The translations under genes were made by a program, and so were the position numbers. The notes under the pieces were generated by a model, which saw only the letters and a program-made list of their open reading frames with translations, did no database searches and was not told where the DNA came from. From the NCBI RefSeq assembly GCF_001194135.2, contig NC_068984.1:50039020-50079823 (forward strand): DNA of 40,804 nucleotides, given 5' to 3'. Source of the stretch: Octopus bimaculoides (taxonomy: Eukaryota). Shown here one piece after another: positions 21,661 to 33,593 of the stretch (its first letter is position 1; each line of letters begins with the position of its first letter).

Positions 21661-22614
21661 TATAAAAGACAGAGTATAGAGACACAACTGACGTCTGGTG
21701 ACTACGAGAGTCAGTTATTAATGTTCTTTGAAGAGATCTCCGTCGTAATAAACTGCGATATCTTTGTCTAAAAATATAGTGGCTATATGCCAATAGAGGA
21801 GATATATATATATATCCATGTTTGATATGAATGGAAAGGAATATATATTTGGAAAGGAATATATATTTCAAGACTTCAACTAATTTCAATACTCAAATAT
21901 TTCCATATTAACCGTTTCGCGTGTTCTTTTTATAGAATTTAGAAATTCCGTCAGTCATTATCTGGAAGTAAGGAATAATGCCAGATTCTTGCTGCTTTTC
22001 TAACTTGATATGGCTCTTATTAGTTTTTATCTAGTTTTAATTATTGCTATTGCAGTTGATGATATAATTGTTATTGTTTTTGTTGCTATAGTAGTAGTTG
22101 TTGTTATCGATGGTTTTGCTATAGATCTTGATATCGCTGTTATTGCTGTTGTAGATGTTGATATTTTTCTTTATCATCTTAGCGTTCTGGATATCAAAGC
22201 AAACATTTAAAAAAAAGAAAAAAAAAAGAAACATCATTCGATATCAAGTAGAAGGGCCACACAAACGTGATAGCACACACTCAAGACTAATTGACAAATA
22301 GGTTAGGAGATTTTAAAAAAATACAAAACTAGATTTAGCAAGAAGGAAGGAGAGAAGTGAAAATAATCAAGAGAGGGAGAGGCCGGAGGAAAATCGTAAT
22401 TAATAAAGATACAAGAAGACAGAAATGGTAAATGGTGGTGAGAGTCCGGTATAGAGAGGATGAGAGTGAAACGAAGAATAAAGTATTAGAAATATAGAGT
22501 GAAGGGATAAGGAGGAGAAAAAGAGTAAAGATGTAAGACAAAAAGAGGAAGGAAAATGTGAAAGAAAACTCAAAGAAAAAGAGCAGCAAATATTATGAAA
22601 GAAAATAAGACGTC

Positions 22615-22811
22615 AAATTGGCAGAATGTCAGGCAAAATGTTTGGCATTTCGTCCGTCTCTGCATTTTGAGTTCAAATTCCGCCGAGGTTGACTTTGTCT
22701 TTTATCCTTTCGAGATCGATAAAATAAGCACCAATTGGGTACCAGGGTCGATGTAATCGACTTATCCCCTCCTCTGAAATTAATGGTCTTGTGCCAAAAT
22801 TTGAAACCAAT
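22615..22811 (+). mobile_element. SINE family A (first of tandem pair)
   Basis: Colinear with the other family A copies. Confidence 0.85.
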
Positions 22812-22826
22812 TTTATGAGAGAGAAT

Positions 22827-23040
22827 AAGGCGTCGGGTTGGCTGAATCGTTAGCCTCCCGAAAGAAACGCTTCGCAGTATTTCGTTCATCTTCACGTTCT
22901 GTGTTAAAAATTCCACCGAGATCAACTTTGCCTTTCATCTTTTCGGGATCGATGAAATAAGTACCAGTTGCGCACTGGCGTAGATGTAATCGACTTTCCC
23001 CCTCCTCTGAAATTGCTGGCCATGTTGCCAAAAATATCAA
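22827..23040 (+). mobile_element. SINE family A (second of tandem pair)
   Basis: Colinear with the other family A copies; starts 15 bp after the previous copy. Confidence 0.85.
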
Positions 23041-23904
23041 TATTATGAGAGGGAGAGAGAGAAATAGAGTTAGATAAACATGAGAACAATAATTTTATTA
23101 GAAAATTCGACTTTTTCTACCCCAAGAAAGAATAGTATTTATATAATATTCTTCATAGTTGTATGCGATGTGTTTCGAAAACCGTTATTCCTCAACAAAA
23201 TTTTTGTATATACATATAGGAGAATTTGTTTTGGGGTTTGAAAATACACCTGAATATGAAAAACGTGCAGTCGTTATTAAATTGATTTATTCACATACCA
23301 AACTAGTTTCGACAATTTTATGTTTATCAATATATATATATTGTTCAGAAGGAGGGGTATATTTTGATGAATGATGTTATATGCTTCCGAGTTCCTTGGA
23401 TTGTGTGTTGATACGTAAGACAAAGATTTAAGTGTGTCGTGGGGCTTTCTTATTTTTCGTAAATGTCTATCGTTTTTGCACGTTCTAGTCCGTTTTTGAT
23501 TAAACTAAACGATTAAGCCCCAAAGTGTGAAAAATCAACATAGATAACAGCGGCAAAGACAACAGCGAACCACAACAAAGCGTGCGTTTGTCATGGTAAC
23601 AAGCTGCTAATGTCATCCTGTCTGTTGAGTGGCTAAAATTACCCAAATTTCCAAACTTAATGTGAAATAACATCAGATCCTTTAATTTACGAAATAAAGT
23701 AATTGGTTGATCGTAATCAAAATTCAGAGTTGCACCGATACACTAAAATTGAAAGCAATTTGAGCGAAATTAAAGGGGGCACATTTTCCGAACGAGAAGA
23801 CCTGGATCCTATTTATATGTTCTTGGAGTAGTTTATCTCAGGTTTCGAGCAATCGTGCAAATTCTTCTTGCCAAGTTGAAAGGTGTATTAATTTTAGTAT
23901 GCTA

Positions 23905-23947
<43 letters not shown>

Positions 23948-24556
23948 TTATCTATCTATAGATAGATACATACATACATACATATGTGCGCGTACATTTA
24001 TATTTACACACCCACACACCCACGCGCGCACACACACGCACACACACACACACACGCATATATTCGAGTTTGTATGATGATGGTGATAATAATAAATACT
24101 ATTGTTATTACTACTGCTACCACCACCACCACCACCACTTACAACAACAATATTGAAAGGGATGGTAAGGATGGTAGTAGCGTTGACCATATGAACATTG
24201 ACTCCAATTAAAATTTCTGGAATGGTAACAATAGAACTCAATGAAAACAGGAATGTTTTTTTTTTTAAATATTCCAAAATATAGCCAAACAATTATTCAT
24301 TTAGCAGCAGTCAAAGTAAAGAATCCTTGACATTTCCACCAAACCGTGACGTCTAAGACACATACCGATTGGTCGAAATACATTTAGAACTTAGTTGGCG
24401 CGCACACCAAACTATGCCATCTAAGCCACATGCTAGTTAGTCAAAATGCAGTTCGTAGAACACAACTGTCACTACATAAACCTAATGATTGCTGGTTTCT
24501 TTCAATATTGTAAAATTATAAAAAAACTGCAAATAACAAAACGTGAAAATCAAACT

Positions 24557-25835
24557 TAGATGGGTCATCCCATACATAATGCAGTTTTTTCAAATGTATG
24601 AACTAAAAGTCGAAGGGGGACGGGATAAACTAACTGCATCAACTTGCTGTAAAAGCAGATAGTAATTTTACCTTGTACTTATTCTTAGTGCAAGTTTCGA
24701 AGAGTGCAGTTCGATTTTAACAGTTATTTTTTCAAAGCTATAAAAGAGGTGACAAAGGAGCATATTCGGCATATTTCCAATTAAGGAAACAACGCAACGG
24801 AAAGTACAAGGCATATTAATGCAGTATATGGGGATCGGACAAGAAGCGTATGCCAATGTCAACCGTAGTTCCAGAAACCCCGAGCCGGAAACAACAGCCT
24901 AGAAGACGAGCCTCGTATTGGAAGTTCTGTAGGGCTCGACGAGGACGCCCTGCAAATCTTGGTGGAGCATAATACCATCGTAACTGTTGAGGAACTAGCA
25001 GAGAAGCTTGGATTTGGTCATTCAACCATCCATAGATAACTGCGTTCTATCGGAAACGTCAGCAAATTGGGTCAATGGGTTCCTCACAAACTTTCCGACT
25101 CAAATTGCGCGCAGAGAGTGAATGACTGCTCTTCCTTGCTGTCACGTCTCACGAATGAACCTTTTTTGGACCGAATAGTGACTGGTGAGGAGAAATGAGT
25201 TTTCAATAAAACATGTGAAGCGCTGAAGACAGTGGGTAGGGAAGGGAGAAACACCGGCACCCCAGGCTAAAGAAGGTTTTCACCCACGTAAGGTGTTGTT
25301 GTCTGTTTGGTGAGATGTAAAAAGTTTAGTCCACTTTGAACTTTTAAGCCCAAACCAAATAACAAAGGAAATCTACTGCGAGCAGCTTGAGCGACTTAAG
25401 TCAACACTGGTAGAAATACGATCATCTTTGGTTTGAAGACGAAAGGTGCTCTTCCATCAGGATAGTGATCGACCACATACAACGAATATTACATTCCAGA
25501 GGCTTGAATATTTTGTATGAAAATCAATGTCCAACTCACCATATTCGCCGGACATTGCCCCATCTGATTATCATTCATTCCACAGTCTTCAAAATCTTTT
25601 GGACAGAAAAAAATATGAATTCTGTAGACGAGATTAGAACAGTAGTGGAGGAGTATTTTTCGTCGCGGACAACTAAATTTTGGAAGAGGGCCTTGTAAGT
25701 CTAGCAGATAGATGGAAGAGCATTGTATAAAATGAAGGAGAGTATATTTTAGATTAATAAAGAACTTTATTGTAGTTTCGAAAAATAAAAGAAGTATAAA
25801 AAAAAAACCCACATTATTTATGTGATAACCCAATA
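24557..25835 (+). mobile_element. Full-length decayed mariner element (~1.28 kb)
   Basis: ~30-bp imperfect TIRs tgggtcatcccatacataatgcagttttt / aaaaacccacattatttatgtgataaccca with TA at both ends; transposase remnants inside. Confidence 0.92.
24746..25757 (+). pseudogene. Mariner (DD34D-type) transposase pseudogene
   Basis: EVTKEHIRHI; WVPHKL (25076-25093); IVTGEEK*; FHQDSDRPHT; SPYSPDIAPSDYH; GEYILD stop; several nonsense codons and frameshifts. Confidence 0.92.
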
Positions 25836-25863
25836 TATGTATGTATATGTATGTTCACACACA

Positions 25864-25897
<34 letters not shown>

Positions 25898-26674
25898 TCT
25901 CTAAACAGCAGATAAATAAAAGGGTTAAAAATATATTACTTCTCTATTTCATTTTCGAAAGGAGGCATTCCAGGAACTAAGAGAACAAAATCCCCGGTAA
26001 ATATTTAAAATGACAAAAAGCATGAGGATCATCCACACGCTCTTGAAAATTTATGGTATAGGTAAGAATGGTAATTGAGATTCTTAGATGAAATTTTCTT
26101 CTAATGTTGTGACTAACTGTTGTCTAGTGTTATCTCAGTTAAATGAAAGTTATAGTTATCAAGAAAGAATTTAGCTGTTATGGTCTTTTTTGTTTGTTTT
26201 TAGACATGGCAAGTCACATCTGAAAGATTGTTGTCGAGCCAATAAAAGTTGATCAGAAGGAATGTAACTGTGGAATGGCATTGTTTTGTGGGAATATCTA
26301 TAACCTGCAGAAGAAGAGATGAAAGACGAAGTTGATACTGCTTTTATTTGAATGTAGAACATAAACTAATGGAACTTAGTATTGAGTGTTTCAAGAATTT
26401 GACTGCCCCTGGTGCTATTTTGACTGGTACCGTAATAATCTAACATCTGCGGAAAAGTATTCCAATAGGAATGCAGTAACCATAAATCTACTTGTTTTCT
26501 AATTTGCGAAAGTTCCCTAAAGAGAAAGGAATAGTTCTCTTTCGCTTTATTAATTTTCCGAAAATTTCCTGTCTTTATTTTCTAAGTATTTTATCTTCCG
26601 AAAAATCTTTGTATTTGTCACTGCACAGATGTTCATATTGATAGAGTACTGGAATAGTAATAATTATGAACACA

Positions 26675-26820
26675 AATATTGCTCTGTGGTACTGAAATTC
26701 GTTTTGACATCGGATAGCTTCGTGTTCAATCTCACTGTTTGGATCATTAAGCAAGTGTCATCGACCATAGCATTATGTTAGTAAAATTTAGCAGTCAAAC
26801 GTTATGTAGAAGCCCATCAA
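26675..26820 (+). mobile_element. Highly degenerate CORE-type SINE 5' half
   Basis: gctctgtggta...gtgttcaatctcactg...ttaagcaagtgtc...agaagcccatc follows the family B order. Confidence 0.5.
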
Positions 26821-27367
26821 GAAACGTTCGTGTTCTTAGGTGGCAGGCTTAACCATCACCAATTTAAACAACATCACCTTGTTGTTGGGTACCTTTAGCA
26901 GAGTACAATCTGATTCATGCATTCAGATCAAGCCTCTACTTTGAGTGTGAATATAGTACCATCTCTTCTTTTCGGAGGCATTGACGCTGTCTTCTCATAT
27001 ATCGTTAAAAACAATCATAATGCCATTGTTGATAATTTATCACTAACTTGATTTAATTTAGTCAACGTAGCTTAAAGGAAGCAATCATAGTGAAGCATAA
27101 GACTAACTTAACTGGTGTTTTTCATGCAAATAGCCCCTCAGAGTTATTCACTACTTAATTGAAAAGTCTTTTTTACTTTATTTAGTGATGCATCTAAATC
27201 ACATGCAATGTATGGAGTAGATAAAAATGTATTATCTAAATTACTGAAGTACTGATCTTCAAAATAAAATAGGTAAGATCGTTAGAATTTCGATTTTACT
27301 CTCAAGCTTCGAGGCATAAACTGGTACACAACAAAATAAATATCTTCTGGAATCTTTTAATCAAAGA

Positions 27368-27480
27368 CGTGTGTGTATGTATACACACGCACGCACGCAC
27401 GCACGCGCACATACACGTACACACACATGTACACACACATGTACACACACACACACACACACACACGTACACACACACAT
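27368..27480. repeat. (CA)n/(GCAC)n microsatellite
   Basis: Direct inspection. Confidence 0.95.
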
Positions 27481-27846
27481 TTGCAGTCATACGGGCATAC
27501 GTGGCAAGTATTACAGTAAAGGAAATTAAGAGAAACAGGCTTAAAAACCAGTTTGAAAAATTCTCCATCATCATTTGAATTCATATAACGATTAAATCAA
27601 GAACCTGTTGTCATTAAGGCCTTTGGGGAAGTGAGAAAAGAGAAATTGACTGTATACAATATTCTACTACTTTCTGTCTCTCTGTTTAGCTGCTTTAAGA
27701 AAAATAAATTGTAGCTGCATTCATTATTCTATCATTCTCTTTCTTACTACTTTTTTTGATTTGTAAAACATTCTAATGTGAGACTGCGGTCATGCTGGGG
27801 CACCCACTTGAAAAATGTTAGACGAATGAATCGAACCCAGTACTGA

Positions 27847-28135
27847 CCTTGGTAGCATTTGAACTTTTAATGTAAAGCCGAAAGAAATGCTGTTAAGCAT
27901 TTTATCCGTGGTGCTAACTATTCTGCCAACTCCTTACCTTAATAATAAAAAAAAAACCATAATAGTAATGGTTTCAAATTTTCGCACAAGGTCAGTAGCT
28001 TTTGAGAGTAGGGTGAAATCCATTACATAACTAAAGTACTTGACTGGTACTTATTTCCTCAATGCTAAAAGGCTGAAGACAAAGTCGACCTCGGCGGAAT
28101 TTGAACTGAGACCATAAAGACGGACGAAATACCAC
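27847..28135 (-). mobile_element. Two adjacent SINE family A fragments (27847-27940 head; 27968-28135 3' part)
   Basis: Reverse complement of family A; the second is cut at gaaataccac by a LINE fragment. Confidence 0.78.
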
Positions 28136-28372
28136 TTGGGGACAGTATCAAAACAGTTTTGTGAGGAATATAAAGGAAATGGGAATAGAGTATTCAGAAG
28201 AGCTGTGGCAAAAAGTTTGCCTCCTTGACACGTCCAGAATCATTCGGAAAGTATCATATATAGTTGAAGAGAACGAATAGCATGATACCATATGCTGCAG
28301 GTAGCAAGTCCGTTCCTCAAGCAAAGCACCCAGAGTTCTAACAAAACCTGAGTTAAGAAAATGATAATAATT
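28136..28372 (+). pseudogene. R4/Dong-clade LINE 3' end (restriction-like endonuclease C-terminus)
   Basis: LGTVSKQF/VRNIKEMGIEYSEELWQKVCLLDTSRIIRKV resembles the R4/Dong motif LG.I.K.....LGI....LQK..LLGTARI.RKVL; ends in aatgataataat. Confidence 0.72.
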
Positions 28373-28374
28373 CT

Positions 28375-28775
28375 CTGTTTATTGGCCACAAAAGCCACGT
28401 AAACATTCAGAACAATACAAAGATATAGAATGAAGGAAATTTACATAGAAACGTATAAACTATAAAACAATAACAATTTGTAAAAAATCTTTAAAAAAAT
28501 CGCCAGTAGAGGGAACTTCATCTAGGGGCAGCTAACGAACCCCACAGATCCCGAGCTACCCTGTCCACAGGGACAGTACCATGATGAGTGCTTCTCTACT
28601 CTCCGTACTCTTCAGTCCCCAGGCATGAACTTAGAGCAGGCCACCTTACTCGAGCCATCCTCTCCACATTCGCCCACCTTTAACAAATTTACAAGGGAGC
28701 AGTAAATTCCTTTCAACCCTCACCTTCTTTTCCAGATGAAATTTTGAAATGTTAATGAAGCCTTGGCCGAAGAGG
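28375..28775 (-). pseudogene. L1/Tx1-clade ORF2 C-terminus and 3'UTR
   Basis: GQGFINISKFHLEKKVRVERNLL..KFVK/(R)WANVERMARV resembles Tx1-type ORF2 ends; AATAAA at 28378-28383 on the minus strand. Confidence 0.65.
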
Positions 28776-28789
28776 ATATTAATATGAAT

Positions 28790-28932
28790 ATCGACAACAA
28801 CAACAGCAGAGACGACGACGACGATGACGTTGATGATGATAGGTGTAGAAGCCCAAGAAAAAGAAAACTTGAGAGGAGGAGGAGGAGATGGTGGTGGAAG
28901 TGGAAGAAGAAGAAGAAGAAGAAGAAGAAGGA
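28790..28932. repeat. (CAA)(GAC/GAT)(GAG)(GAA) trinucleotide block
   Basis: Direct inspection. Confidence 0.9.
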
Positions 28933-29431
28933 AGGATCTCTATCGCGACAACGATGACAACACCATCACGCTACAAGTAACAAAGCCACCACATCAAATT
29001 CACTCCGATATATTTATTAAACAACAATAACATAAGCTAGCTCTATTTTAAGATTTTTCTCAAATTCTCAGAGACCTTATCTTCTGAAAAGATAGAGCAT
29101 CAACCGCAACGTTAGATAACAATAAAGGATGCATTGCATACATTGTCATAAGGGTTTTTTTATCACAAACCTTTCACCATTTTTTAAAAAGAAACTTTAT
29201 TGTGAATATTACATTATCATTGTACAAGATTTCGTATGAAAAACTGTTTAGACAGAAGATAGTCCGATAGGAAGTAGATGAATATGGCAATACGACTGGG
29301 GTTTTTTTGTGTTAGAGAAGGATGTGAAAACTTACAATAAGAAGAGAAAAAAAAAATCAAATTCTGTCCTTGAATGTTTCTGAGTTTCACACATGTGTGT
29401 TTGTGAACGTATAATAAAGGGAAAAACAAGT

Positions 29432-29517
29432 ATAATAATAATAATAACAATTATAATAATAATAATAATAATAATCATAATAATAATACCACCACCACCA
29501 CCAACAACAACAATAAC

Positions 29518-29583
<66 letters not shown>
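29432..29583. repeat. (AAT)n with (ACC)n/(AAC)n interruptions
   Basis: Direct inspection; source of the poly-I/Y ORFs. Confidence 0.95.
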
Positions 29584-29586
<3 letters not shown>

Positions 29587-30436
29587 GTGGAGGAGGATAA
29601 CATAGCAGATAAACGAACAAAGAACTGAAAAGATGCTGATGTATGAAGATTTAATGACGTACAATTTATTCATACACACAAACACAGCACAAACATACTC
29701 TTTTGTGTTACTGTATATGCGTAGAGACATATTCGTATGCGTGTGTGCGTGTGTGTGTATGTGTACATAATGTAGTGTATGATGTGAGTGCTGAATAGAA
29801 CGGTGTACAAGTGTGTAGGATGGAGGAGGAGACGAGTGGAAAGTGTCTGGTGTATGTCAATGTGTGTAGGGGTAGGTTTCGATGAAGAAGCTCGACGAGT
29901 TAAGACCATTAGGAACAGAGTAATGAAGTGAGAGAATCAAATCCTGCTCTCGGCGGAGGCGGGAGTCCGAGTGTCTACTGAGCAAGGACAGTCCAAACAC
30001 AACAAAAATGAGATCAGAGAAATAATTCCAAGTGCTCAGTGGCATGTGTATCAACAACATAAACAGATGCAGATATAGACAATACCGTACAACATGAATT
30101 ATTGATTTATTAAAACCATATCGGCCTCTAAAGGATGTTACAGTTACTAAGTAGTAATTGAAAACAGCTCTATAATGGAAGGGGAAATAATCTCAAGAAT
30201 GATTATCCCGCCAAAGTTTACTGTGTGTGCGTGTGTCCGTGTGTATGTATAATGTGTTTGTATGTGTGTATGTTTTTGTGTGTGTGAATATGTACGGCTC
30301 TATAGATTTTAATGAAAGAAAATTCAATGTTAAAACTTCCTATAAATTTATAAATATGCAAATCTCCATGCATGCGATATAAAAGTTTGTGCTCACATAT
30401 ACATCTGTGTGTGTGTGTGTGTGTGTATGTGAGCAT

Positions 30437-30482
<46 letters not shown>

Positions 30483-30609
30483 ACTTGAACACAGATACAT
30501 ACACACACACATACACCAACACACATATACACTATGTATGTGTACGCCAATGCTTGCACTTTCTTGCAATATGTATATGTGCGTATGTGTTATGTATGGT
30601 TGTATATTT

Positions 30610-30852
30610 TTTCTTCTTTTACTTGTTTCAGTGATTTGATGGCGACCATGCTGGAGTACTGCCTTGAAATGTTTTACTCGAGCAAATCGACCCCAGGGCA
30701 TTTTTTAAAGATTAGTACTTACTATATCGGTCTCTTTTGCCGAAAATCTAATTTACAGGGACGTAAATACATCAACACCTGTTGTCAAAGGGTGATTGCG
30801 GGGACAAACATAGACACAAAGATACACACACATAGATATACACATACATAAT

Positions 30853-30938
<86 letters not shown>

Positions 30939-30941
30939 GTC

Positions 30942-30972
<31 letters not shown>

Positions 30973-31159
30973 GTGCGTGTGTGTAAATGTATTCGACGGG
31001 CTTCTTTCAGTTTCCATCTATCTAATCCACTATCAAATCCACCTCGATCGGCCCGAAGCTAGAGTAGAAGACACTTGCCCAAGGTGCCACACAGGACTGA
31101 ACCCTGAACCATGTAGTTAGGAAGCAAGCTTCTTACCAAATAGCCACGCCTGCGCCTAT
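30610..31159 (-). mobile_element. CORE-type SINE (family B), full length with expanded internal SSR
   Basis: tRNA-like head; CCTTGGGCAAGTGTCTTCT (31066-31084, minus) matches the CORE-domain word CCTTGGGCAAGT; CORE-SINEs are known from octopus; tail AAGTAAAAGAAG. Confidence 0.88.
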
Positions 31160-31516
31160 ATGTATGGCTAAAGGGAGTTAGCATTGTCACTGGTAAAGTT
31201 GAAACGGCAATAATGAGGCTGTTTGTGAATTTATTTGTTTTGGTAGTGGTGAGGGTGGGGCAATGATATTAATAGTGCTGGTAACATAGGCGGTACTGCC
31301 GCAGTTGGATACGAATATATAGGCTGAAGTGTTTGTGATAAATTGGTTGTGTAATTGTCGGTGAGAATGTCGGTGATGGTACGGTGGTGATATTTGTAAG
31401 TAGCTGAGGCTCCAGATATTGCGATGGTACTAGTGGCAATAGGTAGCGATAGATTCGCGTGTAAGATGTAAGATATGCAGAGACGCGTTAAGATTTAATA
31501 TAAAATGATAATATTT

Positions 31517-31680
31517 AGGTGAAGACATGGCTGTACAGATAAAAAGTTTGATTCACAACCACGTGGTTTCGAGTTCAATACTGCTGTACAGCAACTTGGG
31601 CAAATGTCTTCTATTATAACCCAGATCAACGAATATATTGCGAGTTAACTTGATAGACGGAAATTGTATGGAATTCCGTA
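31517..31680 (+). mobile_element. Degenerate CORE-type SINE 5' half
   Basis: atggctgt...gagttcaat...cttgggcaaatgtcttctattata...gatagacggaaattg. Confidence 0.7.
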
Positions 31681-32216
31681 AGTATCAGAGCTTCAAAACT
31701 GAGCACTTGGAGAGATTTGTCGGTCCAATGACTAAAATAACTAAAGGAACACGTACATAATCAGGGAAACACTTAGCAATTGTGAAAACAGAGATGACAT
31801 AAGAGTGGGTGAAATTAGATTTTAGGCAAGGTATCCGTTTATAATCTAGCTATTTCTAATTTTTGTTCACCCAGTGTGTTTCAATTCAATGTTGCCACAT
31901 CTGCTTCAAAATTGACTTCAGTGTATTTCAAATTTGTCCTGCGTAAATATCTGCCTCTATCGAAAAACGCTGCGCGTGCGGTCGTGCATGAGTACGTATG
32001 ACGACTATGGGTCACATACAGCCAATAAGCCTTTATTACTAACCAATGAAATTTCAACCACGCCACTGAGCGGTAATGCTCTCCTAAAGCAGTTCAAGTT
32101 TTTTTCACTCAAGCTATTTTATTCTGGTGCTTTATATGCTCAAACGGGATTTATAAGTTCTGTCTACAAATTGACTCCCTTGTGTGTGTGTGTATGTGTG
32201 TGTGTGTGTGTGTGTA

Positions 32217-32247
<31 letters not shown>

Positions 32248-32441
32248 NNNNNNNNNNNNNNNNNNNNNNNNNNNNNNNNNNNNNNNNNNNNNNNNNNNNN
32301 NNNNNNNNNNNNNNNNNNNNNNNNNNNNNNNNNNNNNNNNNNNNNNNNNNNNNNNNNNNNNNNNNNNNNNNNNNNNNNNNNNNNNNNNNNNNNNNNNNNN
32401 NNNNNNNNNNNNNNNNNNNNNNNNNNNNNNNNNNNNNNNNN
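32248..32441. other. Assembly gap inside a (TA)n array
   Basis: N run with TA repeats on both sides. Confidence 0.99.
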
Positions 32442-32514
32442 TATATATGTATGTATATGCATGTATATGTATATATAAGTATATACATGTATGTATATAT
32501 ATATACATATGTAT

Positions 32515-32553
<39 letters not shown>

Positions 32554-33195
32554 CAGTTCTATATTTAAGAGATGAGGAATTATGTACATTGAAGTAGTTT
32601 TATGCTGTCAACTTAATGTGACAGTCCCCTGAAGGGAATAGCACTACTGTTGGTTAGACCTAGGGAGCTGCTGCACAGCTTCCTGTCGGCCCTGCCACAT
32701 TTCCTGTGTCCTTATGTTTACAAGGGGGAGACAAGCACCGTTATGGTAAAGTATTTATTTTACTTCTGTTATTATTTATACACCCTGTTAGCCCGAAAGA
32801 ATGATTAACTAGTTTAGTAATTTAGTCATTTACTCAACGCCCTGAAGCTTTACACTGCAAAATGGTATTATTCAAATATATTAAGCCTTCATTCCTATTC
32901 TCGGGCCTCTTCCTCTTTTCTTTTCTTTTCTTTTATGTATTTATCTTTACTCTGATGAAGCTCCATGTTCCAGATCGGATGTGTTACAAAATATAACGAA
33001 CATTATTCTCAGAATTTTCAGTGGTAACACTGTAGTACATTGGAAGTAGAAACGGCTGTGAGATGGCATAAAGTTTTGTATTAAAAAATTAGGATCGATG
33101 TTAGTCAGTTGTTGTTGATCAAGATTTCTCCGTTTTCTGCTTAATTCAAATTTATCTATATACATACATACATACATACATACACACTCACACAC

Positions 33196-33280
<85 letters not shown>

Positions 33281-33285
<5 letters not shown>

Positions 33286-33548
33286 ATTTGGTAGACGGAA
33301 ACAGAAAGAAGCCCATCGTATGTTTGTGTATACTTGTGTGTGTCTGTGTGTGTGTTTGTACCCCCACTATCGCTAGACAACCGATGTTGGTGTGTTTACG
33401 TCCTCATAACTTAATGGTTCAGCAAACGAGGCCGATAGAATAAGTACTAGGCATACAAAAGTTAAGTCCTGGGGTCGATTTGTTCGACTAAAGGCGGTGC
33501 TCCAGCATGGCCGCAGTCAAATGACTGGCACAAGTAAAAGAATAAAAA
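33281..33548 (+). mobile_element. CORE-type SINE (family B), 3' two-thirds
   Basis: gtggatttggtagacggaaac...ggcggtgctccagcatggccgcagtcaaatgact...aagtaaaagaataaaaag. Confidence 0.88.
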
Positions 33549-33564
33549 GCCATGCCATTTTAAT

Positions 33565-33593
33565 CCCGAGCAACGCCGGGTATCTCTCCTAGT
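33565..33593 (+). mobile_element. Helitron 3' terminus
   Basis: GC hairpin CCCGAGCAACGCCGGG, 8-nt spacer, CTAG (33589-33592) followed by T: the canonical Helitron end. Confidence 0.7.

Noticed and set aside
23349-23414. Plus-strand 66-nt exon-like segment (TTGTTCAG ... GTAAGA)
   Set aside because: Stop codons in all three frames.
24860-25320. Three Trp codons mutated to stops in the mariner as targeted G-to-A hypermutation
   Set aside because: TGG to TAG/TGA is the commonest nonsense transition, and three cases are unremarkable in a decayed element.
6924-28775. ORF1 fragment (7-8.3 kb) and ORF2 3' end (28.4-28.8 kb) as one giant Tx1 element
   Set aside because: On the minus strand the 3' piece lies upstream of the 5' piece, so the order is wrong.
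32952-32975. CTGATGAAGCTCC as a hammerhead core
   Set aside because: No complementary stem II arm or GAAA follows.
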